Assembly (NCBI GenBank): GCA_040954595.2
Contig: CM082581.2
Span: 8,206,059-8,270,058, forward strand
From: Balanoglossus misakiensis
Taxonomy: Eukaryota > Animalia > Hemichordata
Length of the DNA: 64,000 nt
Reading direction: 5' to 3'
The notes under the pieces are model-generated. The model searched no databases and was not told the DNA's origin. It saw nothing but the letters and a program-made list of their open reading frames with translations. Below, piece after piece: positions 13,719-27,219 of this stretch. Position numbers and translations under genes: made by a program. Positions within the stretch are counted from its first letter, which is position 1. Every line of letters starts with the position of its first letter.

Positions 13719-13862
13719 AGACAGTCAGACAGACAGATAGATAGATAGATAGATAGATAGATATGGATGGGTGGACAGACGGATGGATAGGTGGGTGGAT
13801 AGATAGATGAATCAGTGGATGGATAGATGGATGGATGGGTGGATGAATGGATGTATATGGAT
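13719..13862. repeat. Compound (GACA)/(GATA)/(GATG)n microsatellite
   Basis: Directly visible. Confidence 0.9.
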
Positions 13863-16800
13863 CAGCTCATTTTCACCGCTATCTTGTAAAGTTCAACTAA
13901 GTCAGGTGTTCGCACACGTCTTCGCCGCGCCTTTTCAAATCTTGCCGAGGCGTCTGCGTCGTCTACTGGTAAAATGATGAATAGAAAGGAGCTAACGCGG
14001 AGAGTCTTTTCAATCTAAAATTGAACGCTTGTGCTAATATGAAACGCGATTCTCACCTGGCGGGTTTTAGAGGTAATAAAAAGACGAGGTCTTCATTATT
14101 TGCTAGCCAGTGGAAAAACAGTTTTGTCTGAGGAGACGATCGAATTTACAGGCATCGGTGGGAAATATCAATTATTGAGCCCGAGTTGGTTGGAGATCTC
14201 GCCGAATATAAGTTCGCACATATGAGAACCGTCTGAGCGCCAGGAAAAAAGATTTACGGCTTTAGCAGGTTGATAGGTTAAGTTTCAAACGAGCCATCTT
14301 CCCGATGTCACATTCTATTTGCCGACTCGTTCCTTTTTATTAGCTAGGTGATGGACCGGTAGTTGATCGTACATTAAGAGGCCATTCTCAAAAGCGATCT
14401 CTGTAAATTTGCTTTTAATGCGGTCTGGTTATGGAGCTGTTTGTAATCCCGGGTTCTCTTTGCAGTTCCCCAGGTGAGCCTGCGCGGTATCCTCGCGTGG
14501 ATTCCCGGCAGAAGCGCCGGCCTATTTGGACGCGACGCTAAATGGAAGGCGAAAGCCCAAGACGTCACTGCGCCAGGCGAGAGGGGTTTTACTTAAAATG
14601 GCTTCTTCTTTTTTAAAAGCGCGGGACTGTTTTAAGATGAATTATTGACGAGGGTTTTAAGTCCGCCAGGAATGCTTTTAAGGGTAAATAGAGAAATCGG
14701 GCCGGCACGTCATAGTGAATACATCAGTTTTCTTGGGTAGAACAGTCTCTCTGCCACCACTAAGACAGTCCGAACCGCTGCCGAGTCAATTATGCCTCAT
14801 ACTTTATTGATGAAATTATATTGGCGGCGATTAATCTGTTCCATGCATTAATGATGACACATTGATATAAATAAAAGGTTTAAATGTGTGAGATATTGGG
14901 GCCTTTCATGAAATGATAAAAACACTTAATAATATACGCCAAGAGTGGATGAGGGCTGCTCCCTCTGCGACCCCCATCACACCGGTGCGCCTGCGCAGAC
15001 GGTTATCAGCTCCAAGTTTCTGGTTATAGTCATGTTTATTGAATGAGAGGCAATTTAGTCCCCTGTTCAGTTTGAACACAGTGTTATACAAGCTTTAAAT
15101 TTGTCCGTCCTTTGTTATCGGTACACACAGTTTACGACACCGTTCGAGTCGATCGCTAATGTGCCGCGCCGCTTCATCAGCGCGATGAAGTCGGTCGTAT
15201 ACACACAAACAAGAATTTTTTTACGGACCTGCTTCTTAAAGCACAGGAAGGGGGCGGGTTGAACGGCAAACACCGTTCGGCGGCGGGTGCGGATCTCTCG
15301 GGTGCACAAAGAAACCGAGCACCGTTTCCCTTGTAAAAAAATATAACGAGGTCCTGGCTTATCTGTTATTATAATAAGTCGGTAAAAGGGAGTAATTTTT
15401 TTTCCTTAAATGCGAAATTGGCGATGCGCGTATGCCACAGAACCGTCCCCTGCCCCGAGATTGTGTATGTCTTAGCGAGACCGGTAGCCTATCCCCGAAC
15501 TGCAATATTTGTTTTTGCAGGGGTCACGTGTTTGCTCCCAGGAACATCGTAGGAAATAAAAGAAATTAATTTCACTCTCCAATCTGTTTGAAAGCTCCAT
15601 TAGAACAGGGTTATGGCATAAAGGGCCCAGTGTATTAAAAGGCTTTATGCGGTAATACAATTTTGGCAAGGCTTTAGCCAAGCGTTTAATATTTTGGCTG
15701 ATGTTAAATGCCCATGCCGATTATAAGGCGAGTGCTTTTTCCTGCAGTCTGTTTTAATATAGTTCCCTTAATGAATGTGCTTGTATGTCCTAGTAGCCCA
15801 TTACCGCCTCGGGAGTATTTGGAAAGCGATTTTCTATCCTTCTAATATCGCTAATAAAGGCGGCTCGTACGCCAGACGCGGGATACAGTTCCGAAATGAT
15901 ACACAACAAAGCGCACGGCCGCAGTCTCTTGGAGCCGCTCGCTCGGCGCAGTATGGGGTTCGGTAGCCGTATACAGCGCCGTGGCGTTGCAAAGAAAAGC
16001 GAATATGAACAGCGCAACAAGCCGTGTTATTAGGCGGCCAGCGCGGCCATTGAAAGTGAGCGGAACGAGAAGCAGGGTGAGGGGAAATGAGCGAACAGGC
16101 GATAGAAAAGGCGACAATTGGTTGGTGTCCCCTGGAAGTGAGGTGAAATGCCGCTGTGACAAAGATTAAAGGCAAATAAAGTCACAAAAGTTCGCCCGAG
16201 CAAAATAGAGCAACCAGGCAGACGCGGCGTTGGTGTGCATGCAACTATCTCTTTAAAGGCCGCAGTGTTTTAGTATTGTTTACAAAATAGATGCATTTTA
16301 GCGCCCGGCGGAAAGTTGGAGGAAGGTCATGTTTATGCGGTGACGAACATGGTATAAATGAAAACAACGAGTAAATGAAATAGGCGGTATCATGTAAAAA
16401 ATTAAAAATAAATGAAAAAATAAAATGGCGAAAATAACAATAAAATAACAGAAAGAATACAGATAAAATAATCGCACCCCTGTAAGCTTATTTTGATGAA
16501 CTCTGGCTGGCAATTAATCTAAAATCACCACCAACGCGTCAAAATGATGTCAATCACGCTGGCTGTCCGCGAAAAGCAATGCAACGTGTACACACGCAGG
16601 AATGAGAGATTTTCGGGGTCACGAACCAGGGCAATGAAAAATATTGTAGCAATTTGTTCAGTGAGTGAAAACCCCATCTAGTTTTTAGTGGTTTTAACGA
16701 GGTATTAGAAACTGTATATTATACGGCCACTACTCAAATGAAGAGCCAATCACGCTCGCATTATTGTGCAAATTTTCTTGTATTACGGGGAGACAGTGGC

Positions 16801-19800
16801 TACACACCCGGTGGCCTCTTTTTCGTTTGTGTTACCCGCGCAACCGATCATTCGCGCGTCGCGACAATTCAGCGCACCGCTCCCGGTCTTACGCACTCGG
16901 CTGTGTTTTCATGTTTTGTGTGTGTGTATACTTCCTGTTCGTTTTCCGATTCATTTTGATCCCCGCGCTGATATTTACCAAGCCCGCCACTGTTTTGATG
17001 GTGGGAATTTGACTTTCAACTATACGGAGGTATATTTCTCCCTCACCCCCAGGACGAAGACGTCACCGTGGAAATGATGAGGGGGGGGGGGATTAAACAA
17101 TCTGATCTGTGGAATCAATCTTCAAACCTGAAACGGGATATCTTTCAATCTAAATGCTAAAATCCTTAGAAATTTTACCACTGAATCCACCATAAAATTG
17201 ATATGAAACGGCGTATCAGACTAGCATATAATCAACATCTCGAGTTTTTTTTCGTGGGGCTCGGTAAGTGATATGCGAGTATAAATGGTGTTGAAAAAAA
17301 TGTATGGTTAGGATCCACTCAAAGACTATAATAGTGAGACGTCCGTTAGCCAATCGAGAGGTAACAGTGTTCTAAGACACCACGCTTCATTTCCCCGCGT
17401 TAAGTCTATCTTTCAATTTCCGAAAGACTCCTCTCGTATCTGTTTATAGCCCAAATTACCCCAATGAGGCGTAAGACATAGACGGATTAAAGGCAGTCGA
17501 GGACTCCACAGTCGCGGCACACCGCACTTCTCCGCTGATCGCTGTTCACTTTGTTTTAGGACATGAGTACATGAGTGTACGGCGGTTGCGTAGGTGCCAA
17601 CCGAATTTCCCCTTCGCATCTGCTCATTCTGTCGGTCGGCGCGACAAAGGAGCTTGCAAACCCCCTCCAAATTGTCTGTTTTGTGGAACGATGATGCTCC
17701 AAGCGATATTTCATTGCAAAAAAGATCCGAAATTTTACCTGACCGGCTCGCTTCTTTCTCCCCTTTACTCCGCTATAATGGTTTGTAATCGCATTACTTT
17801 ACAATTTGAGATCTGCTGTATTGAAAGTGAGGTGATTACGCGAGAGAGAAATAGAAAGAGAGAGAGCCCAAAAATGAGATCTCGGGGGAGCCGGTCGGTT
17901 TGGATTGGCGCAAGGAAGTGGACACGATAATACGCGAGCAACAATTCAGTCCGAGCCCCTCCAAAACGCGCCAGTTACTGTAAAGTCTCACACGAGAACG
18001 GCTCCACATTCGACGGCCACGGCGCAGGGTGATGCCGTATGCCCAGCCGTGACTCTTGAAACAGTACCGTTCTTAACTGTAATTGTGTAGCCCCGAGCCA
18101 CTCTTAGTAAGGCTGTAGCGTATTTTCTACAGGTTGGCTATTTGAAAGGAAAGAGCTATTCATAAGCGACGGTGGTACAATGCCAAGCAATTGTCAGTGC
18201 ACTACAGTCTATAATGGCTGCGCTCTTATACTTTCAATCAGTTGAAATGGACATAATAATAACCTTCCTAATTACCATACTATGGAGGCAAATTCTCCTC
18301 GTTTCAAGCCCGGCGCAAAATCAGGAAGTGCTACGAGTAATAGGACGCCCGTTCTGTGACGTTGGTATTATGTTCGGAGGGGACGTTTTGACATCTTCTT
18401 AACATCGAGCCCCCATTCGGCGGCCATCAAAAAGAAGGTACCGCTGGTGTAACAACATCGTGATGTAGATTGCGTTTCCGCTCAACGACTAATCGCTTTG
18501 TTGAAATGAAACACATGAAAATGAGGCGGCGAATCTATTGGGAAGACTTTTCTCGCTCAGCAATTCGCCGGTGTTCATTTAAAAACAAAGAAACGTTGTC
18601 TCTTTCGCAATCATTGTACGCAATAATGCTTAACTCGTAAATTGGTCAAAATTTGAATTTTTCTCCAAGTCATTCAACATTATCTTATTTGTTTTATTTA
18701 TTTATGTATTAAGTCAACGTTACACGATTTTTTGTCTTCGGGATGCAACGTTTTCATCCCCGCTGATATTGAAGCGCACTGAGGAGACAGCACCGCGGAA
18801 GCGCGGATATCTGAGGCGAGGGGACTCATTATTTCTCACCGCATGAATCAAGGAAAATAGCCGGTTAAAAAAGAAACTCTTTCGTACCGTTCGTCGCAGT
18901 CGCTTCGCCTCGGAATCAGTGCACGATTTACATCGATTTGTAAGAACCCGCCTTTGAAGAGGGGGAATAGCAAGCGATTAGGCTGGACAATGCCGACAAA
19001 ATAGCTACAATTTCTTATGATCATTGCTAACGGCTGACATACGAGATCTTCCATTAAACGCCGACTCTTAAGTGTGTGGCAGGGAGAGAGAGAGAGATAA
19101 AAAAGCCTGGTAGATAATGTTGCATGTTCTCATGTTCTAATTCTGGCTACCCCTTTCCTCTTCTTTTGCCCGCTGCTGATAATTGTATCGTGTACTATGA
19201 GGTGCTTTGAGGGTCTAATGAATGAAAAGCACGGCGGCCTAACGACGTCAACGGCTGCATTGTGCACCGGCAGATACCAGAGTTTAACTATAAAAAAACG
19301 TACAGCGTGCTGTATTCACCCGAAAACGTGTCAGATTTCATTGTGAGGAGCAAACGTGTTGTTATGAACTACATTCATTTTGGCGACCCGTGTAACGTAC
19401 AGAGCAATAACCAGACACCGTTACATTCAAAAAATTTAACAAGGGAGTGTACGATATCACACGTCGGAGCAAGCAAAACAACTCGTCTTCTTTTCTCGCC
19501 TCTTCCTTTACAAACTCTAAAAAAAACTTAACTTCTTTTCTACTCGCAGGTCTGATACGCACAGCAATTTTCGCCCCGTCGTTTATGCCTTTTACACCAT
19601 TATCCGGGGCCCGCGACTAATAGTTCTACGGCTTTTATTCTCTTAAAGCTACCCGCCGTAAAAATGGATCAGATATAATATTTGTATTAATATTTTAACG
19701 ACCCATTCTTGCTTTAAAGGGTTGCCTTTTTATCACCCCTCTACGATTACACCAGCGTCGCTGCCGACGTAGCCAGAAAACTCCCCCATTCATTCTCATT

Positions 19801-21308
19801 ACGGGTGGAAAATTGACTTTTATAGAACACGAATCGCGGGCATGAGCGCATCAATTTAGAGTCTCTAATGATGGGACTTCAAACTTCAAGAAAAGTAGAC
19901 ACCACCGCATTCTGCCTTTCTTTGCACTCCTATTATGTGCTGATAGCCGCAGTTTCACGGCACTTTCTTGTAAATGCTTGTCGAGAATAGAAATGGCAAT
20001 TTTCGATGTGGGGGATAGCAGTTTGAGTGAAGACGGCATCGTTTTCTCTCAACCCCTTCGGGGGAGAAATGGATGGAAATTACCGCCGCAACTATTGAAG
20101 ATCGCCTCGTTGATAGACTTTTAAGTTTTTGTTTTGAATTGCGTTTCTCTCGCGACATCGGATGAGTGAGATAGCTCGGCTATTGTGCTCGGTTTGTGTT
20201 GCCCACACCAGTGAGTAATCAGCCCGTGATTTCGTTGGCTGTGATACTTTGTGCACTTTGGGAATATATCGGCAACATTTTCAAAATCCTTTCTTGTCGC
20301 CGCGTGAGATGAAATTGCATATCGCAGACGAATCGGGGGAGATTGATTTCTCAACGTAGAAAGAAGGGGCACTGAAAAACAGTAAAACAAGATTCGCTTA
20401 AAATACCGTGTCGTTGTCTGAATATAAACAACGCATTAAAAGTTCCGCATGCGTTTCAAGTGTTATTGCCGTATGAAAGGGGAGCTGTAATTGGCCTGAT
20501 AGCAGCAAGCGCAAGGTAAACCTTCCATCCGGGATACTGGGCCCGGCAACAATTAAATATGCGCCCTATCAACGAGACGGCGCTTTGTAGATGACGTAAT
20601 ACTTCGTGCTTTGCTCGTGTGGATAGAAATAATCACAAATCATGCCAGATATTAAAAACCGTTTGTAACATATTTACGCGTTTAAAAAAATTAAGTTGTT
20701 CTACGGACTGTATGTATGATGCTGTCATATGAAGTTTCATGTATTCGACGTGATTAGCGCCCCCTTCCCACCCATACAGAACAGCCCACCACCACCTTCA
20801 CAAAATGATTATCACATCTACGACAATAAACACGTCCGTCACTCCGTTGCCAATCTCTCTTCGCTTAAGAAGGATCAATATTATTTTTGTTTACACATTT
20901 TCTTCGGCTCGCAACGCAACCCGAACGAATCCGATCGGACGACAGGACGCAGGCGCAGACTATTTTTGGACACATGAAGGAAGAGTGATTTCTTTGAGCA
21001 GCAACAATTGCACGTCCGTCAACACCTTTTCCTGATTCATTGGGGAATTGTTTTGTAACATATGCGCATTTGCTTGTTTCCACCCGGCTCGAATTTAACA
21101 GAAATAGAAAGTTCTTGACGAAATTGCATACTTATACTGTGCGGCAAAATTAACATATTAAACGTGTCAAGAGCAGGTTTAATTGGTCACCTTCCACACT
21201 TGTGTTCGGATATCATTCAACATTTGACAGAACTTTGATCGCTCTCAATCTAATGCACTGTTCTATTCTTTGCAAAATAAATATAGACACCACGGTTGAT
21301 AAAGAGGA

Positions 21309-21834
21309 CAGATAGTGAAATATAGTCACTTTGGAACAGTATTTTTGAAACAGTTGTGACGTTTCGATTTGACTACAACGGAACTTGATCACGCAATGGT
21401 GTTAATTATTCAGCGTTGATGTCTCAGCAACAGGCGGAATAATATGTCCGTAAATAGATGGCAGGTGATATCCTTGGTCTCTGTTCATGATTGGCCACCG
21501 TTGTTTGATACAGGTGGATTCTTTCACTTTACGTTTCAACCAGTCCTGTTCCCTGGCTAGAACCTTGGTATTATGCCAGGAAACACTATGGCCGCGGTGG
21601 CGTTGCAGTGCTCCCCAATTCCAGTAGACTTTTCCTTGTTGGTGTGTTCTTTGAAACGGACGCATAGTGGACGTTGGGACTCGCCGATGTATGCGCGACG
21701 GAATAATTAACACCATTGCTTGATCAAGTTCCGTTGTAGTCGGATCGAAACGTCGCAACTGTTTCAAAAATACTGTTCCAAAGTGACTATATTTCACTAG
21801 CTACTTTGAGTCTTGGAACCAGGAATTTTCCATG
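21309..21834 (-). mobile_element. 5'-truncated Penelope-like retroelement (PLE) insertion
   Basis: Minus-strand peptide GHSVSWHNTKVLAREQDWLKRKVKESTCIKQRWPIMNRDQGYHLPSIY resembles the C-terminus of Penelope/Poseidon GIY-YIG endonucleases. 99-bp inverted repeats at 21313-21411 and 21701-21799 (95/99); the right copy has a ~35-nt tail. Direct repeat GATAAAGAGGA at 21298-21308 and 21835-21845 (TSD). Confidence 0.82.
21716..21758 (+). ncRNA. Minimal type I hammerhead ribozyme-like motif in the PLE pLTR (possibly degenerate)
   Basis: TTGC-TTGATCA-A-GTTCCG-loop-CGGATC-GAAACGTC-GCAA: stem I TTGC/GCAA, CUGANGA-like box, stem II, GAAA, palindromic ACGU and a GUC cleavage triplet. The 3-8 pair is non-canonical (U3/C8). 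Confidence 0.5.
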
Positions 21835-23917
21835 GATAAAGAGGATGTTTGTTGTGTGGCTTCTCAGGACCAAGACGACTCTGACAGTAAGTTGATTTTT
21901 GTTAGTTACATTGACATTCGTGTTTTTTTAATTAACACTTTTAGCTAGTTATTTCGCATTTAGCTCGAATTCGCCCACGGTACATGTACAGTGCGGCAGA
22001 GCTGGGACGATTATGCGAATTCAAACTGAATGGGACTGCGCTGGCGAAGTTTGTCATGTACATGTACTGGCTGAAAAATATCACCGCCTGGCATTTTGGT
22101 GGACACACATTGAGTAATTTACGACAATTCACATTTCACCCCTTTATTTCTCGTCGCGGTAATTAGGTGACACCATTTTTTTCAATTTGACAATTGGAGT
22201 TCAAAATTAATTCGGCCTCCGTTATGCAATTTCCTTGGTCATACGTCACTCACTTGATAATTGCACCCGTGCCCCCCTCTTTAACGCCATCGCCGGCGAA
22301 GCGCTCGCGCAATTGTTCATTTCCATGTCGCGCTTGTTTTTTTTTTCGGTGAACGCGGTGAGACAACTGCCTTCCGACGAATTGACAACAAAATACAACA
22401 AAACGTGTCAACGTCGAAATTAACACACAAAATATGTCTGTTTCAATCAAGCTGTTTTCAACTCCAAATCTATCATGTCACAATAGTGTCTGCGGGCAGG
22501 TGCCACCGTTTTATTCTCTCCTCTTCACGGACAATGTCCCCTGTCTGCGGCGGGGCCTGCACCAGTATCCCTGTCTCTGTCTGTCGCCGCTTGCCTTGTT
22601 TTCATGTTAATTTTCTACTCAAGTAATTAGTTTTTCGCACCAGAGAGCGGTTCTAATTCTATGGGTCGACAACGGGCCGCTTTGCAGCAATCCCGGCTAA
22701 GGCTATGTTGCACGCACTTCAGGGTAGCGGATGGAGCCCAGTCTCACACAACACATACACGCGTATTTCATCGTCAGTGGAAATGTATTTATCTATCCAA
22801 TGTGTTAAACTCTTAGAGAACTGTACTTAACAACAAAATTAATGGAACTCGGCAATCATCGCGCCACACTGCCCTAATCCATACAGATTACAAAAATCCG
22901 CACATTGAAGCGACTGTTTACATTCAAAACTTTAATCACCATTCGGTGACAAGCCCGGAAAATAAAACCGACTATTGAGTTATAATTGACAAAGTGGTAA
23001 GCTTCTTGACAATCAATATTTTTGCAGTCAAAATTCATTTCCAGTCAAATGGTGCTTTCTAAATTACCGTTACTTCTGTTCATTTCCGCGACGCTGCTTT
23101 CATAGGTGAGCTTTGTCACGGAATAAGCTCCTCCGGTTTGTTAGCTGCATCCCGTTAATATTTAGCTCAAATCACAACTTGTCGATGGCTCATATATGGG
23201 TTCAGTTGGAAACTAAATAAATAAATAATAAATACATTTTAGATACATGTATATGCAATATATACACACAGGTATACATGTATATAAGTAAATTGTATAA
23301 TACATTGTACAATGTATATACATGCAATATATGCTATACATGCTATATAGCATATATGTACATATAATGCATATATGTTCTTATATACCATAAATATGTA
23401 TATATATGCGTGTGTGTATTTCGAAAGAGAGAGGGAGAGAGAGAGGGAGATATGCGCGTCCCTAGATCTATTGTCATTGTTACCATTCTCGTAGTCATAA
23501 CGTCAAGTCAGAGAGCAAATTTGCCCCATGAAAAAAACGACACCACAACCATCATAGGCGAATTATTCCCGGTATGAAAATAAATTGCCACTCCTTATCA
23601 TTCATTGCCTGGCTTTGTGACGCGCGCGCCAGAAAATGGGGTCCAGAAATTGAGACAGATCTCGCTTTGCTGTTCCTTTCACACCGGGACAATGGAGTGT
23701 TGATCAGCAGATAAGCTACATAATGGCCATTTAGAAATTTACATGTTGCAGTATTTCAAAATATAAAATGATACATTCAGATGAGTATTAGGTGTGATTC
23801 ATTCCACGAATGGCAATTCGTCTTTGTTGGAAAATTACAGCGTATCAACGTTACATTATTGTAAATATTAACTGTAAATGACGGCGAGTGAAGGATATCT
23901 CCTTATAGCTTTTTGTC

Positions 23918-24032
23918 ATGTATGTATGTATGTATGTATGTATGTATGTATGTATGTATGTATGTATGTATGTACATGTATGTATGTATGTATGTATGTA
24001 TGTATGTATGTATGTATGTATGTATGTATGTA

Positions 24033-24068
<36 letters not shown>

Positions 24069-24070
24069 CA

Positions 24071-24157
<87 letters not shown>

Positions 24158-24206
24158 ATGTATGTATGTATGTATGTATGTATGTATGTATGTATGTATG
24201 TATGTG
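23918..24206. repeat. Compound microsatellite (TATG)n-(TG)n-(TGCC)n-(TGTC)n-(TATG)n
   Basis: Directly visible. Confidence 0.97.
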
Positions 24207-24788
24207 CTTATAAATATATGTTAGTTCATATCAGATATACATACATGCATATTTATTTATTTATTTGTAAGTGTATCAGCAGGAGTTAAATATGTTGAGC
24301 GATTTCATATTAATTCAGTCGGTAGATAATTTCGATAATTTGGGGGTCTAGAATAGATACATATCAGTATGTATCAGTATACACGGGTGACTCTTTTGAA
24401 CGAGATGATCTTTCAGCGTGGAGATTTTTTTATTAAAGTGGTTCTCTCGGGTTTCGAGGATATCGGATTTCCAGAATCTGACAACAAATTTTCTAGCGCG
24501 AGTGTTGAAAATGAGCATAGCTAGCTGGCGGCTGTTGTACCAGCTTTCTATACAAAATCTTCCATTTTAGGTTCCCCCCTCTTTTGGATGTATGACTGAT
24601 CCTGCAGGGAGGGGGATTTTGGAGCTCATTATGGCCGAGATTCGAGTTACCGAGTTCCGAGAACACATAAACCCGCTGCGGGGACAAGGGTTCGTTTCGT
24701 GTCACCCAGACGTTTAACAAGCACCGGATGACGACACGAATTTCAGCGCAGATGCGCTTAAACTAAACTATTCCAAGTTTCTGCTTTT

Positions 24789-24858
24789 CTCTCTCTTCCT
24801 CTCTCTCTCTCTCTCTGCTTTTCTCTCTCTCCCTCTCTCACTCTCCCTGTCTCTCTCT
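24789..24858. repeat. Imperfect (CT)n microsatellite
   Basis: Directly visible. Confidence 0.85.
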
Positions 24859-25676
24859 GATTTAATTTCATTTCTTACGCGCTGATAACATTTCGCGGTT
24901 GGGCTCTCGCAAAAAATGTCCACGCCACGTACGCGCATTACGCGCATGCACACGGGCACAGCGCGCGCACACGCCGTTGTATTCGATTACATTCGGTCAG
25001 CTTTGTCCCCCGACCGTGAGACGAGGCAAACTTTGGAAACAGTTTATTGCGACATCACGGTCCCACTGAACTCCTCGGGGCGTATCTACCCACGACAAAT
25101 GTGATATAGAGACCCCAGTAATGCAATAAGCCCGAGAAAGCCCCGGTAATAGACCCAATATTCGGGTAAGTAGCAAGCGAAAGCTTTTGTAGGAAATTGT
25201 TGGTATTAAATTAGAGCCGGTAACCCAGGTAGTCCCTCTCGCATCGTATTGTTCAAGATTAGCCTCTGCTGTCGTCAGCTTTGAAGTATGATGACTCTAA
25301 TAATCGGCTAATCTCTAGCATTCATGCTTAGAACAACAACAAGTTACACTAGGGTATTTCCGCATCTTGGATTTCAGTATCCACTTGTATGCAATATTCA
25401 AGAGCGTCTTGATTTCGTTTCCTCGTACATGATCAGTCGGGTCCGTAAATGCTTATTTGTACACGGCGAGCCAGCAGAACCAGATAAAGCGAGTCTTTGA
25501 AGACCACGTGACGAGAATTTTGCACACTTTGGCATGAAACTTGTATGTATTTTTGGCTTAATCGTCTCATCATTGGGGGAAATAATGTCTAGAACTTGTT
25601 TCTAGAGGACGCCATTTAAAGACGATTCACCGTCGTGGAGAACACGCACACATATACTTCTTCGTTGGTCTTTATC

Positions 25677-25679
<3 letters not shown>

Positions 25680-25768
<89 letters not shown>
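25680..25768. repeat. (TC)n microsatellite
   Basis: Directly visible, perfect. Confidence 0.97.
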
Positions 25769-25771
<3 letters not shown>

Positions 25772-25834
25772 CTAGCATAATGAAGTGGCGGTTAATATGC
25801 GAACGCTAATATTTTGCATTCGTGGATAATTCCC

Positions 25835-26016
25835 ATCAATTAATCAACCAATCAATCAATCAACCAATCTATCCGTCGCTCGTTCGCTGAGCCGCCCTCT
25901 CACCTAGTCACTCAATCAGCCGACCGACCGACAGACTGACTGACCGCGAACCGATCGATCGACCGATCAATAAATTAATCAATCAATCACTTAATCAATC
26001 AATCAATCAATCAATC
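25835..26016. repeat. Degenerate (ATCA)/(ACCG)/(ACTG)n tetranucleotide repeat
   Basis: Directly visible. Confidence 0.8.
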
Positions 26017-27219
26017 GACTTGCTCTCTTTCCTTGATCTAAGAAGGACCACACACGGTGGAGGAAAGAAGCCACGATGGAAAAGGTCCATTTTATGGGGG
26101 TTGCTGTCTTCCGCACGATTTGTGCATCGTGGCAGCCTTTTGGTGTCTATGGTTGCTTCTCGACCTCGAGCTAGTATGGCATTACATATTTATATTTACT
26201 CGCATACGTTCATGGCATAACATATTTTTTATTCATTTATTCATTCAAACTTGATTTTTCAGTTCCCAGAGTAGCGATACGAGGCTAAATATCCAATATT
26301 CGTGTTGCGCAATATAAAAAAAGTCTGTCAGATCAATGAAGCGTCTCCTTTTTTGTCTAAAATCATAACGATTCATGAATCGAACAAAAAAGTTTCTCAC
26401 GGACCAGGCATAGGTCATGCCCCGGGGTTAGCCAGGTTGCGCTGTTGCAGTCTCCCGCCTTGGGCAACCGGGGTCGGTCGGCTGTACCACACGCAGCAGC
26501 ACACGGCACAGCAGACCGTGGGTCAAGTCCAACGATCACTGGGAAACCCTGTAAAACTCCCGGCGAAGAAGTTGGGAATTGCGCGTTCCGCGGTGTGACA
26601 AGGGTTGGTGGCCGCATCACCCGGGAGTGGAAATTGAACAAAAATCTTCGCCGCCAACTTCGACAGACGCCCGCCGAACTTGCACTGCCTCCCTCTTCAA
26701 AAGTTAATGACAATGTATGTGTTGTGTGTGCGAACACAGGCGCTGCTTACAGATCTTCAAAAGAAAAGCCACTTCGCGTTGGGAAATAGCTCATTTATAA
26801 AGTGATACTCTTCTGTCTGTGTTCTACGAGGCAGACGACCGCTGAGTTAATCACATAACTAGTTGGGCTACAATCGCGATAAACAATACAGGTGCCTGGC
26901 AGACTATACCTTAGTCGGGCTCTGCCGGCCAGACCACTTGTTATGGTAATTAGTCGCCCCATTAAGAGAGAGGGGTTGGGCTTATTTCAATGTCTCTCTA
27001 TTTTAGAGATCTGTCTCCCGAAGATGTCTACCCTTACAATGACGGGCTAGGCAAAGGAAAAACAAATAATGTAAAAAGGATAAATGCCCCGATATTTGCT
27101 TTAAGTCTTTCTGGAGGTCGAGCGATGTCCGTATTCGCGGGCCGGCTGGAAGCGCCGTTTCCTTGTCGATCGCCAGTGCGCGTGCTGAGCTGTGACGCAC
27201 GACGCCTTGTATGCACCAT

